From Anaerolineae bacterium (GTDB taxonomy: Bacteria; Chloroflexota; Anaerolineae; B4-G1; DUEL01): a stretch of 64,000 nucleotides of DNA. Below the pieces are notes generated by a model that was given only the letters and a program-made list of their open reading frames with translations, was not told the DNA's origin and made no database searches. The translations under genes were made by a program, and so were the position numbers. Each line of letters starts with the position of its first letter. Position 1 is the stretch's first letter. The stretch covers positions 5,504 through 69,503 of the forward strand of contig JBDOIF010000093.1 in assembly GCA_041082215.1 (NCBI GenBank), in the 5' to 3' direction. Shown here piece by piece: positions 34,991 to 43,293 of the stretch.

Positions 34991-35227
34991 CTAGGCTTCT
35001 TCCCAGTCTTCCTCGTCCCAGTCTTCTTCGTCTTCCCAGTCCTCCTCCTCCCACTCTTCTTCTTCTTCCCAATCCTCCTCGTAATCCACCCAGTCCAGCT
35101 CCAGCGGCTCCAGATCAATGACCTCAAGATCGGCATCACAGTGCGGACATCTCACGCGCTGTCCGAGTGTGGGACGGCCGGAGAGCTTGATATCCTCCCC
35201 ACACGAAGGGCAGATAGCTATAGCCAT
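34991..35227 (-). CDS. LysW-like zinc-ribbon small protein with extended W/E/D-rich acidic tail (paralog 2)
   Basis: MAIAICPSCGEDIKLSGRPTLGQRVRCPHCDADLEVIDLEPLELDWVDYEEDWEEEEEWEEEDWEDEEDWDEEDWEEA. The true gene is the C-terminal 78 aa of the 264-aa ORF-track entry. Confidence 0.75.
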   Translation of the reverse strand: MAIAICPSCGEDIKLSGRPTLGQRVRCPHCDADLEVIDLEPLELDWVDYEEDWEEEEEWEEEDWEDEEDWDEEDWEEA

Positions 35228-35397
35228 GTCCACCTCCCTGAAATTCTGAAAAACCCTGTATTGCTTGTTGGACTTCCCCTTTGCGACGGCAATTATAGGG
35301 ATGTGCTGTGCAAACTGACGTGGAGAAAATGTGTCAAGGATGTCCCAGAGGTAGCTTCTGTGTGCAATTCCTGCGACTCCAACCACCGGCATCCTGC

Positions 35398-36255
35398 CTA
35401 TCCGTTCCGCTTCAGCTTTCCGGTCCTTTTGGCGTACTGCTCCCCCAGGTGGAAAATCCACAACCCCAGGGGAATAGCAACCACCCCGGCCACCCCCAGC
35501 GGCCACAGGTAGGGCCACAGGGAGCGCGTGGGGGCTCCTTTCAGGATCGCGGCCCGCATTCCCTCCAGCACAAACGTCGCAGGAGAGACCCGCGCCAGCG
35601 GTTGCATCCACGCCGGCAGGACCTCGACCGGATAGTAGACCCCTGAGATGAGCAGGAAGACCGCCTGCACCACGTTGGTCATCTGTGCACCCCGCTCCGG
35701 GAAGAGGAGCGGTAGCACCGAGGCGACGACCCCCAGGCCGATGAAGGAAAGGCTCCCTGCCAGCAACAACAGCATCGCCCCCCACAGGTTCGCCTCACTC
35801 AGGTCGAGCTGGAAGAAAAAGGCCACCACCCCCAGGATGACAGCGGTGAAAAGCAGGCTGTAGAGGACTGCAAAGACGGTCTGCCCCATCATATGGGTAA
35901 AGCGGGTGATGGGGGCCATAAAAGTGTACTCGATCGTGTCCTCCCACCGCTCCCAGGCGATCATCTCGCTGATGTTTTCAAAGATGATCGCCAGGAATCG
36001 CCAGACCATCGTGCCGATCAGCAGGTAGAGGATCAGATAGTCGGCGTCCATCTTTACACCGGAGATGGCCTCCATACCGGCGCCGATGTAGGTGATGGAA
36101 AGCGTGGAGGTGATGGAGTAGGCCAGCCAGACCAGCTCCCATCCCCAGTACCGCCGCACCAGGTTGAAGTTTCGCTCCACAAAAGCGTATGAAGCCCGTA
36201 ACTCCCGCACGATCTGGGCCATATCTCTCCTTTCCTCCTCCGAAATCAATCGCAC
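35398..36255 (-). CDS. ABC-2 family transporter permease
   Basis: Six TM helices with an ABC2_membrane-type pattern, in the same operon as ABC ATPase 38289..39128. Confidence 0.75.
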   Translation of the reverse strand: MRLISEEERRDMAQIVRELRASYAFVERNFNLVRRYWGWELVWLAYSITSTLSITYIGAGMEAISGVKMDADYLILYLLIGTMVWRFLAIIFENISEMIAWERWEDTIEYTFMAPITRFTHMMGQTVFAVLYSLLFTAVILGVVAFFFQLDLSEANLWGAMLLLLAGSLSFIGLGVVASVLPLLFPERGAQMTNVVQAVFLLISGVYYPVEVLPAWMQPLARVSPATFVLEGMRAAILKGAPTRSLWPYLWPLGVAGVVAIPLGLWIFHLGEQYAKRTGKLKRNG

Positions 36256-37280
36256 ACCAGCGGCTTTCGATAGACGGCGCTCCGCTTCACCGGACGGAAG
36301 CCCACACTCTCATACAGCCGCAACGCACTGTTCGGGTTTTCGGTATCCACCCCCAGGCCAACCTCGGTCATACCCCGCTCGCGGAACAGGATCAGGCTGC
36401 GCACGAGCAGAGCCCGGGCCAGGCCGCGCCTCCGCCACGGGCGGCGCACGCTCAGGTCATCCACATAGCCCCGCCTGCGGCCGTACACCCTGTTCTCCTC
36501 CTCGTCTATAAGGTTGATCGCCACCCCGGCCACCTGCTCCCCATCCCATGCCACCTGCCACAGCTCAGGCGCAAAGCAGGGGTCCCCAAGCCACCGCTCG
36601 TAATCCCCCGCCTCCGGCTCCGAATACCCCCAGTGGTCGCGGAACGCCTCCAGGTTGGCGTCCCACACCGCCCGGTAATGCTCGGGCCGGACCGGGCGGA
36701 CCTCCAGGCCAGGAGGGAGCGGCGGCGGCTCGAGGCCGTCCAGCTTGTCGTGGACCATTTCGTAAAAGTAGCGCACCGGCCTGTATCCCCGACTCTGCAG
36801 CAGTTCGATCCATCGCTCCTGGCAGTCGTCGGCGTGGGTGGAGAGGAAGCGGGGGCCATCGGCTCTGTGGCCAGCGGCGATCTGCCGGAGGCGATGTTCG
36901 CAGTACTCCAGCATCGCCTCCCATATCCCCCCGCCCCGCCATTCGGCGACCACCGATACGTAATGGCGGTAAATCCAGGCCCCATCCGCCTCCTGATGCC
37001 ACCTCACGTTTCCATAGCCGACTGGTCTCCCTTCCACCTCGGCCAGGATCGTATCCCGGCAGGGGTCGAAGTCCGTCCGGTGGGCAAACCAGTTGGCCAC
37101 ATGCTCCATTCTGACAAAATAGTCCACCCCATCCGCCCTGTTGCTCCGGTTAAGCACATCGGCGATGGCCGCGTAGTCCTCCTCCCCCCCGACGGGGCGG
37201 AAGGTGAGGCCAGGGACCTCCAGCCGGGCAGCCAGCCCGTCCATCTTCAGCTCCTCGTCCATCTCAACCTCCCGGCGCAA
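36246..37280 (-). CDS. tandem GNAT N-acetyltransferase (MshD-like two-domain architecture)
   Basis: Two GNAT cores (…VVAEWRGGGIWEAML…, …DDLSVRRPWRRRGLARALL…). The start may be TTG 37280 or the internal ATG at about 37262. Confidence 0.75.
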   Translation of the reverse strand: MRREVEMDEELKMDGLAARLEVPGLTFRPVGGEEDYAAIADVLNRSNRADGVDYFVRMEHVANWFAHRTDFDPCRDTILAEVEGRPVGYGNVRWHQEADGAWIYRHYVSVVAEWRGGGIWEAMLEYCEHRLRQIAAGHRADGPRFLSTHADDCQERWIELLQSRGYRPVRYFYEMVHDKLDGLEPPPLPPGLEVRPVRPEHYRAVWDANLEAFRDHWGYSEPEAGDYERWLGDPCFAPELWQVAWDGEQVAGVAINLIDEEENRVYGRRRGYVDDLSVRRPWRRRGLARALLVRSLILFRERGMTEVGLGVDTENPNSALRLYESVGFRPVKRSAVYRKPLVCD

Positions 37281-37322
37281 GATAAACTTTGCATTATGGT
37301 ATGATTCAAGATAAATCTTGCA
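37278..37322. promoter_or_regulatory. two tandem degenerate copies of the GCAAGAT-AA-ATCTTGC palindrome (GCAAGATAAACTTTGCA and TCAAGATAAATCTTGCACTACTGCGCTC)
   Basis: Read directly from the sequence. They lie in the 70-bp intergenic gap between two GNAT genes of one operon. Confidence 0.4.
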
Positions 37323-37351
37323 CTACTGCGCTCTCTTCGCTCCACAGTTTT

Positions 37352-38287
37352 CTACCCATTTCGGCGCCACAGGGTCAGGCTGTTCTGGGCTTCGAAACCC
37401 CGCGCAGCGGCCAGCGCCTGCCCCTCCGGCTCCTCCAGCAGCAGGTCCACATAGGCAAATCCCAGCCTGCCGGCCAGGTGTTGCACCGTCTCCACAAGCA
37501 CCCCCAGATCTGCCTGAGGCGGGGCCCAGATGAAGCCATCCGCCTGAGACGGCTCCAGCGGCTGGGCGGACACGCCCAACCAGGCCCCCCCGCCGTCGGG
37601 GAGCAGGACCCGCCAGCGGCCCCATGGAAGCCGCTGGAGTTCCGGCAGCGCCAGGTGAGGGAGGAGATCGTCCCACGCCTGACGGCCGCACTGGTAACGG
37701 CCCGCCCGCAGCACCACGCCTGTCCCTTCAGGATAGGGGGCATGAAGAGCAGGGTCCACCATCAGAGGGACGTCTCCCTTCAGCGTCTCCGCCTGCCACT
37801 CCCGCAGCCAGAGCCACGGCTCGAACCCCACCCGCGCATAGAACGGCTCCGCCGTCCGCTCCGGCTGGGTGGTCAGCGATAACCGGCCCCGTTCCTTTGC
37901 CAGCCCTGCTCCCGCCTCCACCAGCGCCCGTCCTACCCCCTGACCCTGCCAGCGGGCGTGGACGAAGAGGAGGGAGAGGTGGAGGGCCGGGCCATAGGGA
38001 GGCGGTTCGGGGTTCTCCACGAACTCCGCCTCCCCCACCACCCTTCCTCCCACCTCAGCCACCAGCACCGGGTGGCCTGCCCGCAGCCACCGGTTCAGGT
38101 GCACCGCACAGGTCTCCACACTCATCCACGGGCCGCCGTGGAGCCACCGCTCGTACAGGGAGAGGGCTTCGTAGGAGACAGGCTCCCCCTTCCCTCCCCG
38201 CCGCCAGGTCTCGACGTGGCTGCAGTGGATAGCGGTGACCGCCGCTGCGTCGGCCAGCGTTGCCGGTCGGATTCTCAGCTCTTCCAC
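37352..38287 (-). CDS. GNAT family N-acetyltransferase (two-domain)
   Basis: HARWQGQGVGRALVEAG acetyl-CoA-binding motif. Stop/start nearly abuts the upstream ABC ATPase. Confidence 0.75.
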   Translation of the reverse strand: MEELRIRPATLADAAAVTAIHCSHVETWRRGGKGEPVSYEALSLYERWLHGGPWMSVETCAVHLNRWLRAGHPVLVAEVGGRVVGEAEFVENPEPPPYGPALHLSLLFVHARWQGQGVGRALVEAGAGLAKERGRLSLTTQPERTAEPFYARVGFEPWLWLREWQAETLKGDVPLMVDPALHAPYPEGTGVVLRAGRYQCGRQAWDDLLPHLALPELQRLPWGRWRVLLPDGGGAWLGVSAQPLEPSQADGFIWAPPQADLGVLVETVQHLAGRLGFAYVDLLLEEPEGQALAAARGFEAQNSLTLWRRNG

Positions 38288-38288
38288 C

Positions 38289-39128
38289 TTATGCCTCCTC
38301 CAGCGCCTCTTCCCGCAGGTGCTTTCCTGTCAGCTCCATGAACACGTCCTCCAGCGTCACCTCGTGGCCGTTGGCGCGGGCCACACGGGCCTTGAGGCCC
38401 TCCGGGGTGTCCAGCGCCACGATCCGTCCCTCATCCAGGATCGCCACCCGGTCGCAGAGGGTCTCCGCCTCCTGCATGTCGTGGGTCGTCAGCAGGATGG
38501 TCGCGTCGTGCGTATCCCGCAGCTCCCGGACGAAGGCCTGCACCTCCCGCTTCGAGCGGGGGTCCAGCCCCGTCGTCGGCTCATCCAGGAGGAGAAGGAT
38601 GGGCTGGGTGAGGAAAGCGCGGGCGACGGCGACCTTCTGCTGCATCCCCCGGCTCATCTCCTCCATCGGCCGGAAGGCGTCGTCCCGCTTGAGGCCCAGC
38701 CGCTGCAGGATCTCCAGGATTCGCCGCCGGGCCTCCCCCGCGTCCAGGCCATACAGCCGGGCCCCGTAGAGGAGGTTTTCCATCGGCGTCAGCTTCTTGA
38801 AGAACGAGGCCTCCACCGAAACACGGTTGATCAGCCGTTTGACTGCCATCTCCTCCCGTTGCACGTCGTGGCCGAAGACGGTGATCCGGCCTTCATCGGG
38901 CAGGAGGAGAGTAGCGATGCAGCGGACCAGGGTGGACTTGCCCGAGCCGTTGGGGCCGAGGATGCCGAAGACCTCCCCGCGCCGGACCTGGAAGCTGACA
39001 TGGTCTATCGCCACGACCGGCTTGCGGCCGTCGCTCTCCCCCTTCCAGGGCCAGTGGAGTCCGCCACCTTTCACGAACCGCTTGCTGATGTCTGCGACCT
39101 CCAGGGCAATGGTTGTGCTGTCGTACAT
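38289..39128 (-). CDS. ABC transporter ATP-binding protein (ABC-2/daunorubicin-resistance type)
   Basis: Walker A GPNGSGKST, LSRGMQQKVAVAR and LLLDEPTTGLD. Confidence 0.9.
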   Translation of the reverse strand: MYDSTTIALEVADISKRFVKGGGLHWPWKGESDGRKPVVAIDHVSFQVRRGEVFGILGPNGSGKSTLVRCIATLLLPDEGRITVFGHDVQREEMAVKRLINRVSVEASFFKKLTPMENLLYGARLYGLDAGEARRRILEILQRLGLKRDDAFRPMEEMSRGMQQKVAVARAFLTQPILLLLDEPTTGLDPRSKREVQAFVRELRDTHDATILLTTHDMQEAETLCDRVAILDEGRIVALDTPEGLKARVARANGHEVTLEDVFMELTGKHLREEALEEA

Positions 39129-39499
39129 TGTCTATCCTCCAGGAGCAGGACAGGCTGAAGCTTGTCCTACAAGGGACGAGGCCGTGGACCCAAGCCCACG
39201 GCCTCGAGAAGACGGAGGGATAAACTTAGAGAAACGAAAAGGCCGTGGGTTTTGCAGGCGCCCACGGCCTTGATGACTTTATGTCAACCGCCGCCAGGCG
39301 CACTGCGACAGGGCAAAACCCGAGGACCGCCCTCATTGCGGACCCGGATCGCGCCGCTCAGCTTGGACATCGCAGTGCGCATCTTCGACCTCCTCCAGGA
39401 TTCAACACTTATTGTACTCCAGAATCAGGAATTGTCAAGCAGGGAAGCGGAAGGTATAATCGGAGAGATGGCCACAGACTCTCAGGAAGGATAGGCGGT

Positions 39500-40201
39500 A
39501 TGGCAGAGGAACTGGTCAACGTTACCGATGGGGCGTTCGAACGGGCTGTGCTGCAGGCCGACCGACCTGTGGTGGCGGTCCTCTGGTCCAGAGAAGACCC
39601 TCGTGCAGGGCAGGTGCGGCAGGTGATGGAAGCCGCTGGCCGCCGGTACGCCGGCCTCGTGCGGATCGCAGGGCTGGAGGCGAAAGACGCGCCCCAGGTC
39701 CATAGCCGCTACGCAGAGGGGCCGCTCCCTCAGTTCCTGTTCTTCCGCGACGGCCGTCTCATCGCCCGCGTGCGCGGGCTGCCCCGGGAGGAGATGCTCC
39801 ACCCGTGGGTGGAATACCTGCTGGGGCGAGGGCCAGCGCCCGGGCCACGCCCCCCATCCCCAGAACGGCCTGCCAGCTCCGGCCGGCCTGTCGCCGTCAC
39901 CGACACCGACTTCGACCGGGTGGTGCTGGGAGCGACAAAGCCGGTGCTGGTGGACTTCTGGGCCGCATGGTGCGGCCCCTGCCGGGCACTTGCGCCCGTC
40001 ATCGAGCGGCTGGCTGCGGAGTTTGCCGGACGGGCCGTGGTGGCCAAGCTGGACGTGGACGCCAACCCCCGCACAGCTCAACGGTACGGCGTGATGAGCA
40101 TCCCCACCCTCATCTTCTTCAAGGACGGAGAGGAGATGAGCCGACTGGTCGGCGTGCAGCCAGAGGAGCTCCTGCGCTCCCGGCTGGCCGCCCTGTTATG
40201 A
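39500..40201 (+). CDS. two-domain thioredoxin (degenerate N-terminal Trx-like domain lacking CxxC + canonical C-terminal thioredoxin WCGPC)
   Basis: The C-terminal half carries FWAAWCGPCRALAP...YGVMSIPTLIFF. The N-terminal half has a Trx fold pattern without active-site cysteines. The ATG at 39500 (MAEELVNV) is preferred over the GC-rich upstream extension. Confidence 0.8.
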   Translation: MAEELVNVTDGAFERAVLQADRPVVAVLWSREDPRAGQVRQVMEAAGRRYAGLVRIAGLEAKDAPQVHSRYAEGPLPQFLFFRDGRLIARVRGLPREEMLHPWVEYLLGRGPAPGPRPPSPERPASSGRPVAVTDTDFDRVVLGATKPVLVDFWAAWCGPCRALAPVIERLAAEFAGRAVVAKLDVDANPRTAQRYGVMSIPTLIFFKDGEEMSRLVGVQPEELLRSRLAALL

Positions 40202-40214
40202 AAAAAGGAGACCC

Positions 40215-40535
40215 ATGAGCGATCAACCGCCAGGTGCAAGGGAGTTCAAAATCGAGTTTCCCCCCGACCTCCAGGCGCTGTACGCTAACTTCGCCATCAT
40301 CACCCACTCCCCCTCCGAGTTCATCATAGACTTCGCCCAGGTGCTCCCCAACACGCCGAAGGCGCGGGTGGGCATCCGCATCGTCACCACCCCCACCCAC
40401 GCCAAGCTCCTCCTCCAGGCCCTGCAACGGAACCTGGAACGGTACGAGTCCCGATTTGGGGAGATCCGTATGCCCTCCGCCGGGGACGAGCTGGTCAGGC
40501 AGTTCTTCGGCGGGGTGACGCCGCCAGAGGAGTGA
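40215..40535 (+). CDS. DUF3467-like small protein
   Basis: FKIEFPPDLQALYANFAIITHSPSEFIIDFAQVLP pattern typical of that family. Confidence 0.55.
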   Translation: MSDQPPGAREFKIEFPPDLQALYANFAIITHSPSEFIIDFAQVLPNTPKARVGIRIVTTPTHAKLLLQALQRNLERYESRFGEIRMPSAGDELVRQFFGGVTPPEE

Positions 40536-40542
40536 GGGGAAA

Positions 40543-41187
40543 ATGGACGAGCTGGAAGCGATCGCCGAACGGATCCGGGCGGACCTCACGGCCCGGGACG
40601 AAGCACGGGAGGCCGCCCTCCACCGCTCCCGCGAGCTGATCCGCCTCTGCGCCACCGCCATCCGATCGGCCCACCGGGAGGAGTGGGACTCCGCCCACAA
40701 CCTGCTGGCCCAGGCGGATCGGGTGGCCGCGGAGATGGCGACTCTGCTGGAACCTTATCCGGACCTCTTCTTTTCCGGCTACACGCAGGATGGGTTGAAA
40801 GAACTGGCAGAGGCCCATCTGACTGTGGCGCTGATGACTGAAAAGCCGCTACCGGACCCCGATTCCCTGCGGCTCCCTTCCGCCACCTATCTGGGCGGCC
40901 TGTGCGAGGCGGCGTCCGAGCTCCGCCGCCGCTGTCTGAACCTGTTGCGCAGCGGACGGACGGAGGAGGCGGAGCGGCTGCTGGCAGCGATGGACGAGAT
41001 CTACGATCTTCTGGTCACCTTCGACTTTCCCGACGCGGTCACCGGCGGCCTTCGCCACCGGGTGGATAGTCTGCGGGGTGTGCTGGAGCGGACACAGGGA
41101 GACATGACCCAGGCACTGCGGCAGGAGCGGCTGATGGCGGCGCTGCATCGGTTCGAGGAGCGGTTGGGTGATGCAGGAGAACACTGA
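40543..41187 (+). CDS. hypothetical protein, all-helical (translin-like?)
   Basis: 214-aa helical ORF. The family assignment is tentative. Confidence 0.45.
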   Translation: MDELEAIAERIRADLTARDEAREAALHRSRELIRLCATAIRSAHREEWDSAHNLLAQADRVAAEMATLLEPYPDLFFSGYTQDGLKELAEAHLTVALMTEKPLPDPDSLRLPSATYLGGLCEAASELRRRCLNLLRSGRTEEAERLLAAMDEIYDLLVTFDFPDAVTGGLRHRVDSLRGVLERTQGDMTQALRQERLMAALHRFEERLGDAGEH

Positions 41188-41434
41188 CCGGATCATCCGC
41201 GCCAGCGAGATCGGCCAGTACACCTTCTGCGCCCGCGCCTGGTGGCTGGGCACGGTCGAAGGGCGGCCTTCTACCCACCAGCAGGAGATGGCAGCGGGGG
41301 ATATGGCCCACCGTCAGCACGGCAGACGGGTGCGGGCTTCGGCGATGCTGGCCCGCCTGGCCTATCTGCTCCTGGCCCTGGCGGCCCTGGCGGCGGCCGT
41401 CGCGCTGCTGCGTGCGCTGGGGGCAGGCGGGTGA
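41168..41434 (+). CDS. N-terminal fragment/partner of a Cas4-like PD-(D/E)xK nuclease (N-terminal Cys motif + hydrophobic segment)
   Basis: IRASEIGQYTFCARAWWL resembles the DUF83/Cas4 N-terminal Cys motif. A hydrophobic helix follows, then a stop that overlaps the next ATG (TGATG). Confidence 0.45.
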   Translation: MMQENTDRIIRASEIGQYTFCARAWWLGTVEGRPSTHQQEMAAGDMAHRQHGRRVRASAMLARLAYLLLALAALAAAVALLRALGAGG

Positions 41435-41955
41435 TGAACTGGACCGGCCTCTTCATCACCCTGTTGATCCTGGGGCTGGTCCTTCTCTGGCTGGCCCGCC
41501 GGTCCCGCGCCCGCACCGGGCTGCCCCCGGGCCGGATCGTCGCCGCCGACGTGGGCTCCTGGCAGCGGCTGGACCACCCCCTCTTTTCCCGGCGCCACCG
41601 GCTTGCAGGCCGGCCCGATTACATCGTCGCCGACGGGCCGGACCTGATCCCGGTGGAGGTCAAATCGGCCCGCGCCCCCGTCCACCCCTACAATTCCCAC
41701 GTCCTCCAACTGGCGGCCTACTGCCTGCTCGTCGCCGAAACGTCGGGGCGGCGGCCCCCCTACGGCATCCTCCGCTACGCCGACCAGACCTTCCAGATCC
41801 CCTACACTCGCGAGCTGGAGGAGGAGCTGCTGGCAGTACTGGAGGAGATGCGGGCAGGCCTGGCGGAAGGGGAGGCGCGGAGGAACCACAACGATACCCG
41901 CAGGTGTGCGGCCTGCGGGTATCGAGAGGTATGTGAGGAAGCTCTATCTCCCTGA
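41434..41955 (+). CDS. Cas4-like/DUF83 PD-(D/E)xK nuclease core with C-terminal CxxCxxxxxC cluster, preceded by a TM helix
   Basis: RPDYIVADGPDLIPVEVKSARAP (D...ExK) and QLAAYCLL (QxxxY) are present, and the C-terminus ends in RRCAACGYREVCEE. Confidence 0.6.
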   Translation: MNWTGLFITLLILGLVLLWLARRSRARTGLPPGRIVAADVGSWQRLDHPLFSRRHRLAGRPDYIVADGPDLIPVEVKSARAPVHPYNSHVLQLAAYCLLVAETSGRRPPYGILRYADQTFQIPYTRELEEELLAVLEEMRAGLAEGEARRNHNDTRRCAACGYREVCEEALSP

Positions 41956-41967
41956 ACGGCCTGTCCG

Positions 41968-43197
41968 TCAACCGGGGAGAGGTTCGCCGAAAAGCTCGTC
42001 CGCCCGGGCCAGCAGCTCCGCCCTCCGGTCCGGCTCCGTTCCCTTTGTCTCCAGATACCGCTCCAGAAGCTGCCGTGGGGTCATCTCTTCCGGGGAAAGA
42101 TTCCCCAGCCGCACCCGCGCCTCCCGCTCCACCTCCCGGGTGATGGAGCCGACGAAAGCGGCATCCGTCAGCAACGAACGGATATCCTGATCCCGTACCA
42201 GCGGCTCCTGATCGGCCCGCAGATGGAGGATCACCCGCACAACCGCATCCCTCAGGTCGTGGGCCGCCACTGCCCTCCGGAGCGCCGCCAGCGGGTCTTC
42301 GGCCCTCCGCAGGTCCGCCCTCACGGTGACAAAGGGGCGGGCGTCCACCTCAACGAACTTCCACACGGCTTCCCCCCGGGCCAGCTCCACCCAGCAGAAC
42401 CCCTTAGGCTCTCCCTCCTCGCCGAAGTCAACCCGCTCCAGGCTGCCGGCGTAGACGACAGGGGGGTGCCCTCCGCCGTTGAGGCTCTGATGCTTGTGGA
42501 TGTGGCCCAGAGCGACGTAATCCCAGGCCGGGTCGGCAAGCACAGAGCCCAGGACCACCGCGTCCCGCCCGATCATCACGCTCCGCTCCGAGCCATAGGT
42601 CGCACCGGAGACAGTGAGGTGGGCTGCCAGCACAGCGGGGATCTCTGGCTCAAGCCCGGCTGCCAGCGCCTGGATGTTCCCCGTGACGATGCGCTGGAGC
42701 TCCTGATCCAGTTGTTCGATGGAGAGGCCCCGGAACTGGTCGTGGGCCAGGAGGCGCTGGCGAGCCGGATAAGGGACGGTGGCAACCTGAACCGGGCCGT
42801 GGTGGGTCTCGATCCGGTGCACCTCTTCTTCCCGCCCCACAATGACGTTCGGCACGCCCAGGGTGTGGAAAATGTCTATGCTGGAAGCTCTCTGGACCAC
42901 TGCGGGCAGGTCGTGGTTGCCCACCAGGAGGAGGACAGGGATCCCGGCATCGGCGAGCCGCTTGACGCGGCGGGCGAAGGCCCGCTGATAAGTGGGGTTG
43001 GGGTCACGGGTTTTGTAGGCGTCGCCGGCAAAAAGCACCAGGTCCGCCTCATGCTCCAGCGCATACTCGACCAGCTCGTCAAAGCGACGGAGGAAGTCGA
43101 GCACCCGCTGATTCACCCCCGTGGTCGGGTCCAGGCGGCCGTAGTTTTCCATGCCGATGTGGAGATCGGCGAAGTGGAGGATCCGAATCCGGTTCAT
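41968..43197 (-). CDS. sbcD: Mre11/SbcD-family DNA repair nuclease
   Basis: Calcineurin-like phosphoesterase motifs (HFADLHIG, GDAYK, GNHDLP, GHIHK) are present. Confidence 0.85.
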   Translation of the reverse strand: MNRIRILHFADLHIGMENYGRLDPTTGVNQRVLDFLRRFDELVEYALEHEADLVLFAGDAYKTRDPNPTYQRAFARRVKRLADAGIPVLLLVGNHDLPAVVQRASSIDIFHTLGVPNVIVGREEEVHRIETHHGPVQVATVPYPARQRLLAHDQFRGLSIEQLDQELQRIVTGNIQALAAGLEPEIPAVLAAHLTVSGATYGSERSVMIGRDAVVLGSVLADPAWDYVALGHIHKHQSLNGGGHPPVVYAGSLERVDFGEEGEPKGFCWVELARGEAVWKFVEVDARPFVTVRADLRRAEDPLAALRRAVAAHDLRDAVVRVILHLRADQEPLVRDQDIRSLLTDAAFVGSITREVEREARVRLGNLSPEEMTPRQLLERYLETKGTEPDRRAELLARADELFGEPLPG

Positions 43198-43293
43198 AGG
43201 GACAGCTCCCGCAGTAAACAGACGTGAGGTGTTCCCCTCAGCCTGTGTACCAACCCTTCGTCGGTTGTGATGAAGTCGGCGCCGCGCTCCGTT

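Noticed and set aside
39245-39499. 85-aa N-terminal extension of the thioredoxin ORF
   Set aside because: It is Arg/Ala/Pro-rich with no Trx features. The ATG at 39500 is directly followed by a Trx-fold sequence.
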